Source: Acidobacteriota bacterium
GTDB lineage: Bacteria; Acidobacteriota; UBA6911; RPQK01; JAJDTT01
DNA: 64,000 nucleotides
Assembly: GCA_965263035.1 (NCBI GenBank)
Contig: OZ253580.1
Coordinates: 1,728,001-1,792,000 of the forward strand
Reading direction: 5' to 3'
In this document: piece by piece, positions 29,553-39,540 of the stretch
How the letters are laid out: each line of letters starts with the position of its first letter
Position numbering within the stretch: position 1 is the stretch's first letter
Translations under genes and position numbers: made by a program
Notes under the pieces: model-generated
Database searches by the model: none
Told to the model about the DNA's origin: nothing
The model's input: only the letters and a program-made list of their open reading frames with translations

Positions 29553-31439
29553 CTATCCGGGAGTTTCCAATCTGAGATCCCACCCGTCCAGAATCCACAT
29601 TCGGCTCGCGGCCGGGAGCAGGCTGGGCTTCCCCTTCCGGACCCATTCCTCCACCTCGGAGCGGTGCCCGATGCGAGCCGCCCGCCGCCACCGGCCCACG
29701 CCTCCCGTCCGCCCCAGGCCGTCCCAGAAAAAAAAGCGCTCCACGCCGGACTGGTACAGGCGATAAGCCAGGTCGTAGTACTCACGCGAAGTCAGATCCC
29801 GCGGCATCAAGTTGAGCGCCAAGGTGCAATCGGTACCCTTGACCAACGACACGAAGTGCTCGACGTCCTTCGGATCATCCCAGGCGGGCACGAAGCTGTT
29901 CAGCCGGACCGATGAGGAATAGGGGACCAGCGTGTCCACCAGACCCTCCCGGACCCAGGTCTTCAGGTCCATGCCATGCAGGATGTTCTCACCCGGCCGG
30001 CACACGACTGCGGTCACGGCCAGCCGGCTGCGCCCCTGCTCACGCTCCACTTCGTCCAGCATCGCCCGCAACTCCCGCATGAACCGGGTCAGGAAGGTGG
30101 ACCGGTATTGAAGCCACCGTTCATCCAGAGAATCCAACTCCCTGGGATCCTCCCCGTACTCGGCCTGGAAACCCTCCACGATGGGAGCCTCATAGGCCAG
30201 CAGCGGCGGCCGGCGATTGTAGAGGAGGGCCACTCCGTCAATGGCGTAGTTGGACGCCATCTCACGAAACAGGGACAGGACGTACTTTCGAGTTTCGGGA
30301 AAGGCATAGGAGATCCGGGGCAGCGGGTTGCCCTCGCGATCGACGCACACCAGTTCGGGATGCTGCTCGAAGAAGCTGCCTTTGGTTTCGGAATAATGAG
30401 GAACCGGGAAGCGGAAGCCTGCCACCCGGTAGGCGGCGTGGAGCTCGATGCCATGCTCATGCGCGAATTCCACCGCCACCTCCAAGGGTTCGACCCCGGT
30501 CTTTTGGTAGGCCTGCCAAGTCTTGGATTCGACCCCGTCGTAGGCGCGGCCGTAAAAGGGTTTGTCCGGATCGTCTCCGTGGTTATGAGTCTCGGTTGGT
30601 TGCCGGCCGATACTGGAGGAATAGAAGACCCGGTCCCCCATGCCCGTTTCCCAGTAGAGGCGGGCCACATCCCCATGGCGGAGCGGGTCCAAAAGGGAGA
30701 GGAGAGTCTCCTTGGCGCCGGATTCGTTGGAGATCCCGGGATCGATGTGGACAAACAGCCGCTTGTGTACCGGGTTGGTGCGATCCGCTTCGAATTCCCT
30801 AACCTGCTCCTCCGACAGGGGCACCAGCTTGACGAACGCCAGCCACGCTTCGCGAATCTGGGGAAAAGTGATCTGGCGGAAATGAATGGCCTGTCCCGTC
30901 AGGTCGGCCGTCTTCCAATAGACCTCGTACAGCCGGTTTTCCTGGTGATCCTTGCCTCCCTCGCGTCCCTCCAATGTCGCAAAAGAAGCGTCTCGAGAGA
31001 GTCTGACGTCGACCGCTTTGGTCCCTTCGAAGGGTTTCTGATAGATGCCGATGTAGATTCGATGCCAGCCAGTGCGGTTCAGGGAATAGGTAATCTCCGG
31101 AGCTCGACTGTCGTGCATGGCCAGCAGCAGAGTGCCGGAGAAGGTCCGGCTGGGATCGGGCGTCTGCCGAAACGCGTCGCGAATCGACTGGATGTCAATG
31201 GCTTGAGCATCCCGTTCGGCGGTGTAGTCGACAACGCGCCAGGCACCATGTTTCCACTCCCGGGAAAGAGAGGACTGGGGCTCCGACCGGTCCAGGTCGC
31301 TCAGATAGATGGCTTCCGAAGATGCGGTTTCCAATTGTTCAGTAGCCGGCGTGGACGCGGGACCGTCGTTTCCGGTCTCCGAACAGGACGCGACCAGAAA
31401 AAGCGTCACGATCGGCAGGAATCTGTTCCGTAGCAGCAT
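29553..31439 (-). CDS. Glycoside hydrolase-like 10 family lipoprotein
   Basis: Lipobox-like LVASC; FAHEHGIELHAAYR, HPE...ISYAFPE.R, YAIDGV, WVREGLVD. Confidence 0.75.
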   Translation of the reverse strand: MLLRNRFLPIVTLFLVASCSETGNDGPASTPATEQLETASSEAIYLSDLDRSEPQSSLSREWKHGAWRVVDYTAERDAQAIDIQSIRDAFRQTPDPSRTFSGTLLLAMHDSRAPEITYSLNRTGWHRIYIGIYQKPFEGTKAVDVRLSRDASFATLEGREGGKDHQENRLYEVYWKTADLTGQAIHFRQITFPQIREAWLAFVKLVPLSEEQVREFEADRTNPVHKRLFVHIDPGISNESGAKETLLSLLDPLRHGDVARLYWETGMGDRVFYSSSIGRQPTETHNHGDDPDKPFYGRAYDGVESKTWQAYQKTGVEPLEVAVEFAHEHGIELHAAYRVAGFRFPVPHYSETKGSFFEQHPELVCVDREGNPLPRISYAFPETRKYVLSLFREMASNYAIDGVALLYNRRPPLLAYEAPIVEGFQAEYGEDPRELDSLDERWLQYRSTFLTRFMRELRAMLDEVEREQGRSRLAVTAVVCRPGENILHGMDLKTWVREGLVDTLVPYSSSVRLNSFVPAWDDPKDVEHFVSLVKGTDCTLALNLMPRDLTSREYYDLAYRLYQSGVERFFFWDGLGRTGGVGRWRRAARIGHRSEVEEWVRKGKPSLLPAASRMWILDGWDLRLETPG

Positions 31440-31644
31440 GGTTGAAGCTCCGCGGGATGACGCCGTACGGCAGTCAGTTCCACCCAGCATTCCAAAGCGA
31501 ATTTGGGCGGATGTGAATCTCCCGGCCCCCTGAAGGCCGGCGAGCATCTGACGAGCATCCTAACAGGGGACCGCCATGCGCGGGAACCTTCTGATCTCCT
31601 CCACTTCCCTGCAAGTCGGATATGATCCGGTTTGGAGCGACCGG

Positions 31645-32200
31645 ATGAAGACCATGTCCAAGAGACGGGATTTCATCAAGGGGGTGGCTGGATTGGCGGC
31701 GGGTCTTCTCACCGGATCCTGCCTCAGCGAAACGTCTGAATGGCGGAACCGCCAACCCGGGAGCGACCGGTCCGAAGGCGGCAACCCGGCGCGAAAGGAA
31801 TGGGCCATGATCGTCGACTCACACGCCTACGTGTTTCCACCCGGGGACGAGCCTGCGGGCCACGCCAGCCCCGAAGAACATCTCGCCTGGATCCAGGCGG
31901 CCCACGCGGGACATCATCAGCCGGCCTGGAGAGTCCGGGACCGGGCCCCGGCCTCGTCCAGGCCTCTGGCGCCGGGGGGATTCAAGAGCCTGTCCGAGTT
32001 GCCCGACGTGAACTTTCGAGTGGATCGCGAGCGGGGCCGGGTCGTCTGGACCGTCGACGGAGAGGACTAAACCAAGCAATTTTACCCGCCCAACCTGAGA
32101 AACCTGGAGTTCACTTTCCACAGCCTCATTGCCGAGATGGACTACGCCGGCGTGGACGTGACGCTCCTGCGCACCGACCCCATGTTGATCCGGGAAAGCA
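31645..32200 (+). pseudogene. Truncated amidohydrolase, copy of 52305..53576
   Basis: Near-identical to the 5' third of the intact gene; TAA at 32068-70 replaces TTC; homology stops at ~32200. Confidence 0.85.
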
Positions 32201-32440
32201 GCCCTAATGTGCGCAGCCCGTGAGCCATCATCAAACCGACGTAACCACCGTCGACAATCACCGCCCGGCGCAGTTGTAGGCGCTCGACCTGTTGCCGAAT
32301 CTGGAGTCCACGTTCCAAGCGGCTGACCGTCCAGACACCGGCTAATTCGCAACCTTCGATATTGGGCTGGATCGGTATGTAACCAGTGGCCAGCACTAGT
32401 TGATCGTAGGAGAGATCGAAACTGTCGTTGCCGTAGACAG
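32200..32440 (-). pseudogene. Fragment of an FAD-dependent CoA-disulfide reductase / NADH oxidase
   Basis: SYDQLVLATG...RAVIVDGGYVGL..A..L motif only, both ends missing. Confidence 0.6.
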
Positions 32441-32749
32441 GCTGGCGGCGGAGAGTTTTTTTGCCGGCAGATGATCCATTTTGCCCGCTTTGGTGGAGTG
32501 TCACCGGACGGGATTCATTAAAAAATCCTTCCTGAACCCCTGATGATCATCAAGAGCGATGCACAGAATGTCGATTGCTACGATACTGTGCGCAAGAAAT
32601 ATGTCTGGTATTTGAAGGCCAACTGGTTTTCAGGGCGTCGAAGCATTGCCCAGGCTGAGACGGGCGATTTCCGGCACTGGCCTTTAACTGAGTGAGTGAC
32701 CGGCCACCACCCACCAGTCGGGAATAATCGGACACGACATAAAGATGTC

Positions 32750-34102
32750 ATGTTGAATAAAAGAATTCTCTACGTTGTATTCGTTTCGTTTGTGGCGGCC
32801 CTGGGCGGTTTCCTGTTTGGCTATGACTTGGTGATGATCTCGGGGGCGGTCATATTCCTTAAAGAGGAATATGGCCTCAGCGCTGCGGGATTGGGGTTTA
32901 CCACGGCCAGCGCGGTCATCGGTTGTATTGTCGGACCGATAGCGGGAAGCCGGCTGTGTGACCTGCTGGGCCGCAAGCGGACACTGATCACCGCGAATAT
33001 CCTGTTCGGGATCAGCGCCATTGGCACAGCGTTGCCTGAGACCATCGATCAATTCAATTTTTTTCGCGTCATCGGCGGAATCGGGTGTGGTCTTGCCAGC
33101 GTAGCCTCGCCCATGTACCTGGCTGAGATTGCTCCCGCACACCAACGGGGCCGACTGGTGATGATCTACCAACTGGCCATTGTCGTCGGGGCCTTTTCCG
33201 CCACTCTGGTGGCCTATTACCTTGCCTTTTTCGAGGCTTGGCGCTGGATGTTCGCTTCCGAGCTGGTTCCCATCCTGGCCTTTGGAGTCCTGTTGACCCT
33301 GATACCGCGGTCACCGAGGTGGCTGGCCCAGCAAAACCGCTACCAGGAAGCTCGAAGAGTCCTGGCTCGAATCAACGGGCGGGAAAAAGCGGAGGGACTA
33401 CTCCAGGAGATTCAGGAATCGCTGGCCGAGGAGACCGGCACCCTTTCCGAATTGCTGAAGCCCGGAATCCGAACCGCCTTTGCCGTAGCCGTGCTGCTGG
33501 CCGTTTTCAGTCAATGTACCGGTTGGAGTTTCATCGCTTCCTACCTGCCTATCCTGCTTCAGAAAGCTGGATTTGAAGAAGCCAGCGACGCCATCTTCCA
33601 ATACGCGATGGTTAACGGAATCAATATCGGATTGACTCTCGTCTCCATGTGGCTGGTGGATCGCGTCGGCCGTCGGCCTATCTGGTTGGTGACGTCGTTG
33701 GGGATGATTTTCGGGGTCACGCTGCTCGGCGCGGTCTTTCACTTTGATCTCACCGGGTTTGTCGTGGTTGGGGCGGTGTTGATGTGCGCCTGGCCTCATG
33801 TCGTTGGTCTCGGCCCGTTGCCTTGGGTCATGATGTCGGAGGTCCTGCCCACCCGGGTGCGGGCTCGCGCTGTCAGCATTGCGACCATGTGCCTATGGAT
33901 AGCCAACTATTCGGGTGTTCACGCCTTTCCGGTTCTCCTCGAGTTGTCGGAGGAGCGCTTCGGCTCTCCAGCAGCAGTTTTCTGGATCTTCACGTTGACT
34001 TGTGCCTTGGCCTTTATCTTCGGCTGGAAATTGGTGCCCGAGACCAAAGGCAAGAGCCTGGAGAAAATCGCGCAGGACTGGCGGCATTCCGGGCATCGTT
34101 GA
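32750..34102 (+). CDS. Sugar porter family MFS transporter
   Basis: ALGGFLFGYD, GRKRTL, PMYLAEIAP..RG, PRSPRWL, DRVGRR, PETKGKSLE. Confidence 0.95.
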   Translation: MLNKRILYVVFVSFVAALGGFLFGYDLVMISGAVIFLKEEYGLSAAGLGFTTASAVIGCIVGPIAGSRLCDLLGRKRTLITANILFGISAIGTALPETIDQFNFFRVIGGIGCGLASVASPMYLAEIAPAHQRGRLVMIYQLAIVVGAFSATLVAYYLAFFEAWRWMFASELVPILAFGVLLTLIPRSPRWLAQQNRYQEARRVLARINGREKAEGLLQEIQESLAEETGTLSELLKPGIRTAFAVAVLLAVFSQCTGWSFIASYLPILLQKAGFEEASDAIFQYAMVNGINIGLTLVSMWLVDRVGRRPIWLVTSLGMIFGVTLLGAVFHFDLTGFVVVGAVLMCAWPHVVGLGPLPWVMMSEVLPTRVRARAVSIATMCLWIANYSGVHAFPVLLELSEERFGSPAAVFWIFTLTCALAFIFGWKLVPETKGKSLEKIAQDWRHSGHR

Positions 34103-34103
34103 G

Positions 34104-34238
34104 CATCCCGCATTTCTCACCAGGTCGCTATGCGTATGATGAAAAAGAATCCGTTCTTGAGCATTTACGCGAATTTTTCCAAGTTTCTCCGGAACCGACT
34201 GCGCTGGGCGCGCGCTCGCTGGTGAGAAATGCGGGATG
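34104..34238. mobile_element. 135-bp MITE with IS1380-type ends
   Basis: Perfect 20-bp IR CATCCCGCATTTCTCACCAG, resembling the IS1380 end CCTGCATTTCTCATCAG at 62831. Confidence 0.7.
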
Positions 34239-34303
34239 GGACGAACCCGGTAATCGTCACCCCACGATCTTGATAGGACATCGTTTGGGGAGATGATCAT
34301 TCC

Positions 34304-35350
34304 CTACTCAGGGATCGAAATACCCAGCGAGGCTGCCAGATCAACCAACTCGCGCCAGAGCGTATCCGGGATCGGAATTCCCTCTCGTAGCCGGAGGGCC
34401 CTGGCCTGGAGTTCGGGATCGCCGGGGATCAGAACTTCCTCGAAACCTGCGGCCGGAGGGACAGCTTTGATCCGTTTACGGAGCCGGTCGGCCCTCTTCG
34501 CATAATCCGCAGATGGCTGAAACAGGTCGGCCTTGAAAACCATCATGGTCGCGCCGGCATGACTGAAATAGAGACCCCCGCGATTGGCCTGGGCGAATTG
34601 GGCTGATCCAGTGAAGACTCGGCCCAGCCATTCAGCCACCACCGCCAGCGCGTACCCCTTGTGCTCCCCAAAGGGCAATTGTCCCCCTCCTTCCAAAAGA
34701 TCATCCACATTGTTGGTGGGATTCCCCTCTTTATCGACGATCCAACCGTCGGGGACTTCTTGCCTGGTGCGCCGGGCGTTGGCGATTTTGACTCCTGACG
34801 AGGCAGCAGTGGCGAAATCGAACAGCATTCGGGGCTCCCTCCCGGCGGGAAGACTCATGGCCACAGGGTTGGTTCCCAGTACGGCGCCGCGACCTCCGTG
34901 AGGCACCACGGTTGGCCTTTTTTCGGCAAATCCACCCGCCCAAACCATCGAAATCATTCCTTCAGCGGCTGCCGTTTCCGCATACTCCCCCAGACGGCCG
35001 ATATGGTGACTTTCCACTAAACCGACCACAGACAAGTCGTGCTTTGCCGCCTTGGCAATGGCTTTCTCGATGGCGAATTTCGCCACCACTTGTCCAAAGG
35101 TCCAGTTGCCCCTGACCAACGCACTGGTGCTCGTTTCCCTCACGATCTCAGGCCGGGCAGCCGGAACCAACTCTCCGGCTTGTATGGCAGCGATGTAACC
35201 CGGTAGTTGCCAGATCCCATGCGTGTCGACGCCACTCAGGTTGGCTGAAACCAGATGTTTGGCCACTACGGCGGCGTTGGCCTCATCGGCTTTAACAGCC
35301 ACCAGCATTTCCTTCACCAGTTGCTCGAGTTCGTCAGCGCTCTTTCTCAT
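34304..35350 (-). CDS. Ldh_2 (type 2 malate/L-lactate dehydrogenase) family oxidoreductase
   Basis: GVDTHG, SHHIGRLG, GTNPVA, DFAT, PFGEHKGYAL. Confidence 0.92.
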   Translation of the reverse strand: MRKSADELEQLVKEMLVAVKADEANAAVVAKHLVSANLSGVDTHGIWQLPGYIAAIQAGELVPAARPEIVRETSTSALVRGNWTFGQVVAKFAIEKAIAKAAKHDLSVVGLVESHHIGRLGEYAETAAAEGMISMVWAGGFAEKRPTVVPHGGRGAVLGTNPVAMSLPAGREPRMLFDFATAASSGVKIANARRTRQEVPDGWIVDKEGNPTNNVDDLLEGGGQLPFGEHKGYALAVVAEWLGRVFTGSAQFAQANRGGLYFSHAGATMMVFKADLFQPSADYAKRADRLRKRIKAVPPAAGFEEVLIPGDPELQARALRLREGIPIPDTLWRELVDLAASLGISIPE

Positions 35351-35553
35351 TCTTTTGCGTCTCCACGATTAACAACAGTACAATTCCGGGCAGGACCCGG
35401 CCAACCTGAATGCAAGTCGGAACGTGAAAAGAAAACCATTGCTGCACCAGGAGAGCCGCCTGGGTTCAGGCAGGGCAAACCGGCCTCCGGACTTCGCCTT
35501 CCACCAGGGATTGAGGCTTCGGGATACGCTGATACTTGAGGAGAAGGACGGCC

Positions 35554-36336
35554 ATGTTGTTGCAGGATAAAGTCGCTCTGATCACAGGTGCAGCCTCGGG
35601 AATCGGACGGGCAACTGCCCAATTGTTTTCGCGCCAGGGCGCCAAAGTGGTCGTTGCCGATATCGATGGCACCGGAGCCGCAGAGACGGTCAAGAACATA
35701 AGGAGGGGTTCCGGCGAAGCCTTCTCTATCCAGGCAGACGTGGGAAGGATGGACTCGGTGGAGGCGATGGTCGGGTCGGCGCTGGATCGGTATGGCCGCC
35801 TGGACATCGTACACAGCAACGCCGCGGCCTATGTGCTGGGGACGGCTTCAGAGACGAGTGAGGCGGATTGGGACCGCACCCTCGATGTCTGTTTGAAAGC
35901 CACCTGGATGATTGCCCGCTGTGCCCTGCCCCCCATGGTGGCTCGGGGTGGCGGCACTTTCATTATTACGGGATCGGTTCATTCCATCCGAGGCTACTCC
36001 CTCCATGCAGCCTATCAAGCCTCCAAGGGGGGCTTACTGGCTCTCACCCGGTCCTTGGCCGCAGACTATGCGCCCTCAGTTCGGGTGAATGCGATTCTGC
36101 CAGGCGCGGTGGAGACCGGGTTGTGGAAGGGTCTCTCCCAGGCCGATCGTTTGAAGATCAAACAAATGTGTCCCCTGCGCCGGAATGGTCATCCCGAAGA
36201 TATTGCTCAAGCCACTTTGTTTCTGGCATCTGACATGTCAGCGTACATGACAGGCACTTACTTGGTGGTGGACGGCGGTTTGAGTTCGATTATCGAGATG
36301 CCGGAGTGGCTGTGGTCAAGACTCAAATCCCGATGA
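35554..36336 (+). CDS. SDR oxidoreductase
   Basis: TGAASGIG, YQASK, RVNAILPG. Confidence 0.93.
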   Translation: MLLQDKVALITGAASGIGRATAQLFSRQGAKVVVADIDGTGAAETVKNIRRGSGEAFSIQADVGRMDSVEAMVGSALDRYGRLDIVHSNAAAYVLGTASETSEADWDRTLDVCLKATWMIARCALPPMVARGGGTFIITGSVHSIRGYSLHAAYQASKGGLLALTRSLAADYAPSVRVNAILPGAVETGLWKGLSQADRLKIKQMCPLRRNGHPEDIAQATLFLASDMSAYMTGTYLVVDGGLSSIIEMPEWLWSRLKSR

Positions 36337-36429
36337 GGACTCAGGTAAAGCCCGAAGAGCAGCAGCAACCAGCAACACCAGCGATCGGGAGATTTTGGCG
36401 GTATCGGTTCAAGCGCAGGGGCCAAGGCG

Positions 36430-37176
36430 ATGGGTAAGCTTCAGGGAAAAGTTGCTCTAGTCACCGGAGGAGGCACTGGGATAGGAAAGGCAACCTCTCT
36501 CCTGTTTGCCCGGGAGGGAGCAGATGTTGCCGTGAACTTCTCCCGTTCCAGATCCGATGCTGAGGACACGGTGTCTGAAATACGGCAACTCGGCTCGCAA
36601 GCAATCGCTGTCTGTGCAGATATCTCAAACGACGACGCCGTAAGATCGATGGTCGGGAAAGTCGTGAAGACGCTGGGGAGGTTGGATATCCTCGTCAACA
36701 ACGCGGCGATTACAAAGTTCGTCCTCCCAAAAGATCTCGAAGGAATGACCGAAGAGCTCTGGGACAAGATCCTCGATGTGAACGTCAAGGGCACTTTTTT
36801 TTGTTCGCGAGCAGCGATCGCTGCCATGAGAATTCATGACGGCGGGCACATAGTCAATGTGTCCTCCGATTCGGCCTTCACCGGAAGAGGAAGTTCCATT
36901 GCCTATACTGCTTCCAAAGCGGCAATTGTCAATATGACTCTGGCATTGGCTATCAGCCAAGCTCCGGCGATTCACGTTAACGCGGTGGCGCCCGGAGTCG
37001 TGCAAACTCGCTGGATCGATAATATAAAGCCGCTTGCAGACGAGGCTCGGAGGAAAAATCCTCTCCAACGGCTGGCCCACCCAAACGACATCGCCGAAGC
37101 CATTTTGAGTCTGGTGGTTAGCGATTTCATCACGGGCCACACGCTGGTAGTAAACGGCGGAGCCACGCTCGTGTAG
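36430..37176 (+). CDS. SDR oxidoreductase
   Basis: TGGGTGIG, NNA, YTASK, VNAVAPG. Confidence 0.93.
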   Translation: MGKLQGKVALVTGGGTGIGKATSLLFAREGADVAVNFSRSRSDAEDTVSEIRQLGSQAIAVCADISNDDAVRSMVGKVVKTLGRLDILVNNAAITKFVLPKDLEGMTEELWDKILDVNVKGTFFCSRAAIAAMRIHDGGHIVNVSSDSAFTGRGSSIAYTASKAAIVNMTLALAISQAPAIHVNAVAPGVVQTRWIDNIKPLADEARRKNPLQRLAHPNDIAEAILSLVVSDFITGHTLVVNGGATLV

Positions 37177-37286
37177 CCACGGCTGGAGTCAGGTGCGCCA
37201 TCAGGATATACCTTAGATGTCCCCAGGAAGTGGTATTCGAAAACCAGCCAAGACGATTTGCACAGCGGTAAGGAGTTTTCCCAATT

Positions 37287-38390
37287 ATGAAATCGAAGGC
37301 GGCAATACTCTTTGAAGTGGGCCAACGGCTCGATATTCGAGAAGTTGACGTGGCAAAACCTCGGGCGGGTGAAGTACTGGTGCGAATGGCAGTCGGCGGC
37401 ATTTGTCACAGTGATCTTCATGTGATGACGGGACACTTGAACGCCCCGACACCGTCGATCCTGGGTCATGAGGGCGCTGGGACCGTGGTCGAAGTCGGCT
37501 CGGGGGTGACCTCCGTCCGACCTGGCGACAACGTCATACCCCTTTGGCGGCTCAGTTGCGGCGAATGCGAATACTGTACTTCGGCTCGACCGGCACTCTG
37601 CGCCGTGGGACTGAAGATCCGGTCTACGGGACGTCTCTTGGACGGTAGCAGCCGCTTTTCCCTCAACGGGTCCGAGATCAAGCACTTTCTGGGAGTGTCG
37701 ACTTTCTCCGAATACACCGTGATTCTGGAAAAAGCGCTGGTGAAGGTTCCAAAAGACATCCCTCTCCAGCAGGCAGCCTTGCTGGGCTGTGCCGTGATTA
37801 CCGGAATCGGAGCGGTGACGAATGCCGCCCGAGTGAAGCCGGGCAGTCAGGTCGCGGTTTTTGGCAGTGGAGGAGTCGGCTTGAACGTGATCCAGGGAGC
37901 CGCTTTGGCGGGCGCCGAAAAGATCATCGCGGTCGACCTTTTGGACAACAAGCTCGAAATGGCGCGACAATTTGGAGCCACGCACACGGTCAATGCGTCA
38001 GCGTGCGATCCGGTCGAACAGGTCCGGTCGTTGACCGAACAGAAAGGAGTGGACTATGCCTTCGAGGTGATCGGGCTTCCCAAAACAGTGCGACAAGCCT
38101 TTGACAGCTTGGCCAAGCGCGGTGAGACCATTGTCCTCGGAGTCACCCCTCTGGAAACCGAAGTGTCGATACCGATCATGCCCCTCATCTTTGAGGAGAA
38201 AGTGATCAAGGGATCGGTCTATGGCTCGAGCCGGCCTCGAATCGACATCCCCAAGTTGATGAATCTCTATCGGGCCGGGAAACTCAAACTCGACGAATTG
38301 GTGACCCGCACCTACTCTTTCGATCAGATCAACGAGGCTTACGCCGCACTCGAGCGGGGCGAAGTGGCTCGAACCGTGGTTCTGATGTGA
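37287..38390 (+). CDS. Zn-dependent alcohol dehydrogenase (class III-like)
   Basis: GICHSD, GHEGAG, CGECEYC, GCAV.TG, G.GGVG. Confidence 0.95.
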   Translation: MKSKAAILFEVGQRLDIREVDVAKPRAGEVLVRMAVGGICHSDLHVMTGHLNAPTPSILGHEGAGTVVEVGSGVTSVRPGDNVIPLWRLSCGECEYCTSARPALCAVGLKIRSTGRLLDGSSRFSLNGSEIKHFLGVSTFSEYTVILEKALVKVPKDIPLQQAALLGCAVITGIGAVTNAARVKPGSQVAVFGSGGVGLNVIQGAALAGAEKIIAVDLLDNKLEMARQFGATHTVNASACDPVEQVRSLTEQKGVDYAFEVIGLPKTVRQAFDSLAKRGETIVLGVTPLETEVSIPIMPLIFEEKVIKGSVYGSSRPRIDIPKLMNLYRAGKLKLDELVTRTYSFDQINEAYAALERGEVARTVVLM

Positions 38391-38619
38391 GCTGAACTAG
38401 GAGTCTGCGCGGTAGAAATGATCGTAGCGAGAAAGTGGGGAATCGAGGAAATATGGACCGATTCTACCACTTTCGCAGTAGATCAATTTCTGCTGCGCAG
38501 GCTTCTAGGCTCTTGGATCTTCCGAAAAAGAATTCGTGCACAACCCCCCTCCTGTCCCATGTGCACTCCCCGATCGACACAGCGGGGTGGGTGCGCTACG
38601 GGTCCCGATCTACGATCTG

Positions 38620-39118
38620 GTGAGCAACTGAGCCTACATGGTGATGGCGGTGCTGGCGTGGAACCTCAAGAGCTGGTTCGCGATGATGATGCACCTCAAG
38701 GCGGACCGCCGGAAGTACGTCGCCATGGAGTTCCGGCGCTTCATCCGCGAGATGATCCTGCTGCCTTGCCAGGTCATCCGCCGGGCCCGGCAGACCACGC
38801 TGCGCATCATCGGCTGGCAGCCGACAACCGGCCGGCTGTTCAGCGCATGGCGCACGATCGAACGGACCGCGTTCCCGAGTGGCTTCGCCTGACGCCCCAC
38901 GTTCCCTTCGCCCCTTCTCGCGGCTGCATCGTGCCTCCCTTGGCACCGCTGTCTCCCGTGGCCAAAATCACTCCGGAACAGCCGAGAAACCAGACCCCGA
39001 AGACCCCGTTCATCCTCTCGCAGACCTGCGAAACGGCCTCCGTGCCGCCTCCAAGTCGATTTTGTGCCAACCCGCAAAACCGAAAACCGCCGCCCGTAGC
39101 CTACTCGCTTATTTTAGG
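38620..39118 (+). mobile_element. IS1380-family remnant (transposase C-terminus plus right end)
   Basis: YMVMAVLAWNLKSW...LPCQVIRRARQTTLRI; in-frame TGA just upstream; non-coding tail ending ...CTCGCTTATTTTAGG. Confidence 0.65.
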
Positions 39119-39252
39119 TCTGGTCTGCCTGAAGATCCTCCAAATAGACGACAGTACGAAGGAGTTGCATAGCTTGATCTCTGTGGCATCGTCCGTCTCT
39201 TTCACGCCAACGATGTGGTAGACGCGATGAACAACCTGTTGCGAGTTCGCAG

Positions 39253-39483
39253 TTAGCCCGCCCCTTTTGGTTCGGGTGGCGTTCCATGTTCGGAGAGATA
39301 CTGACGCAGCACCTTATTGACCATCGCGGAGTCCAGGAATAATTTTGCTATGTCAGGCTCGAGCAGCACTACGTTGGTCCCCTGCTTGTAGCGTTCGTAG
39401 TACTTGCCCCGGACGCCACCTCGGAGATCGTACTCAGGCCTCATGTCGTCATCGGCCAGTTTCCTATCTCGATTCTTCTTCAT
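39253..39483 (-). CDS. BrnA-like antitoxin without an adjacent toxin
   Basis: MRPEYDLRGGVRGKYY...VLLEPDIA.LF.DS..VN.VLR. Confidence 0.75.
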   Translation of the reverse strand: MKKNRDRKLADDDMRPEYDLRGGVRGKYYERYKQGTNVVLLEPDIAKLFLDSAMVNKVLRQYLSEHGTPPEPKGAG

Positions 39484-39540
39484 AAACATTCCATTCTATA
39501 TAATCCCCAAAAAGAAGGGGCGGAAACAAAGGGAGACGAC

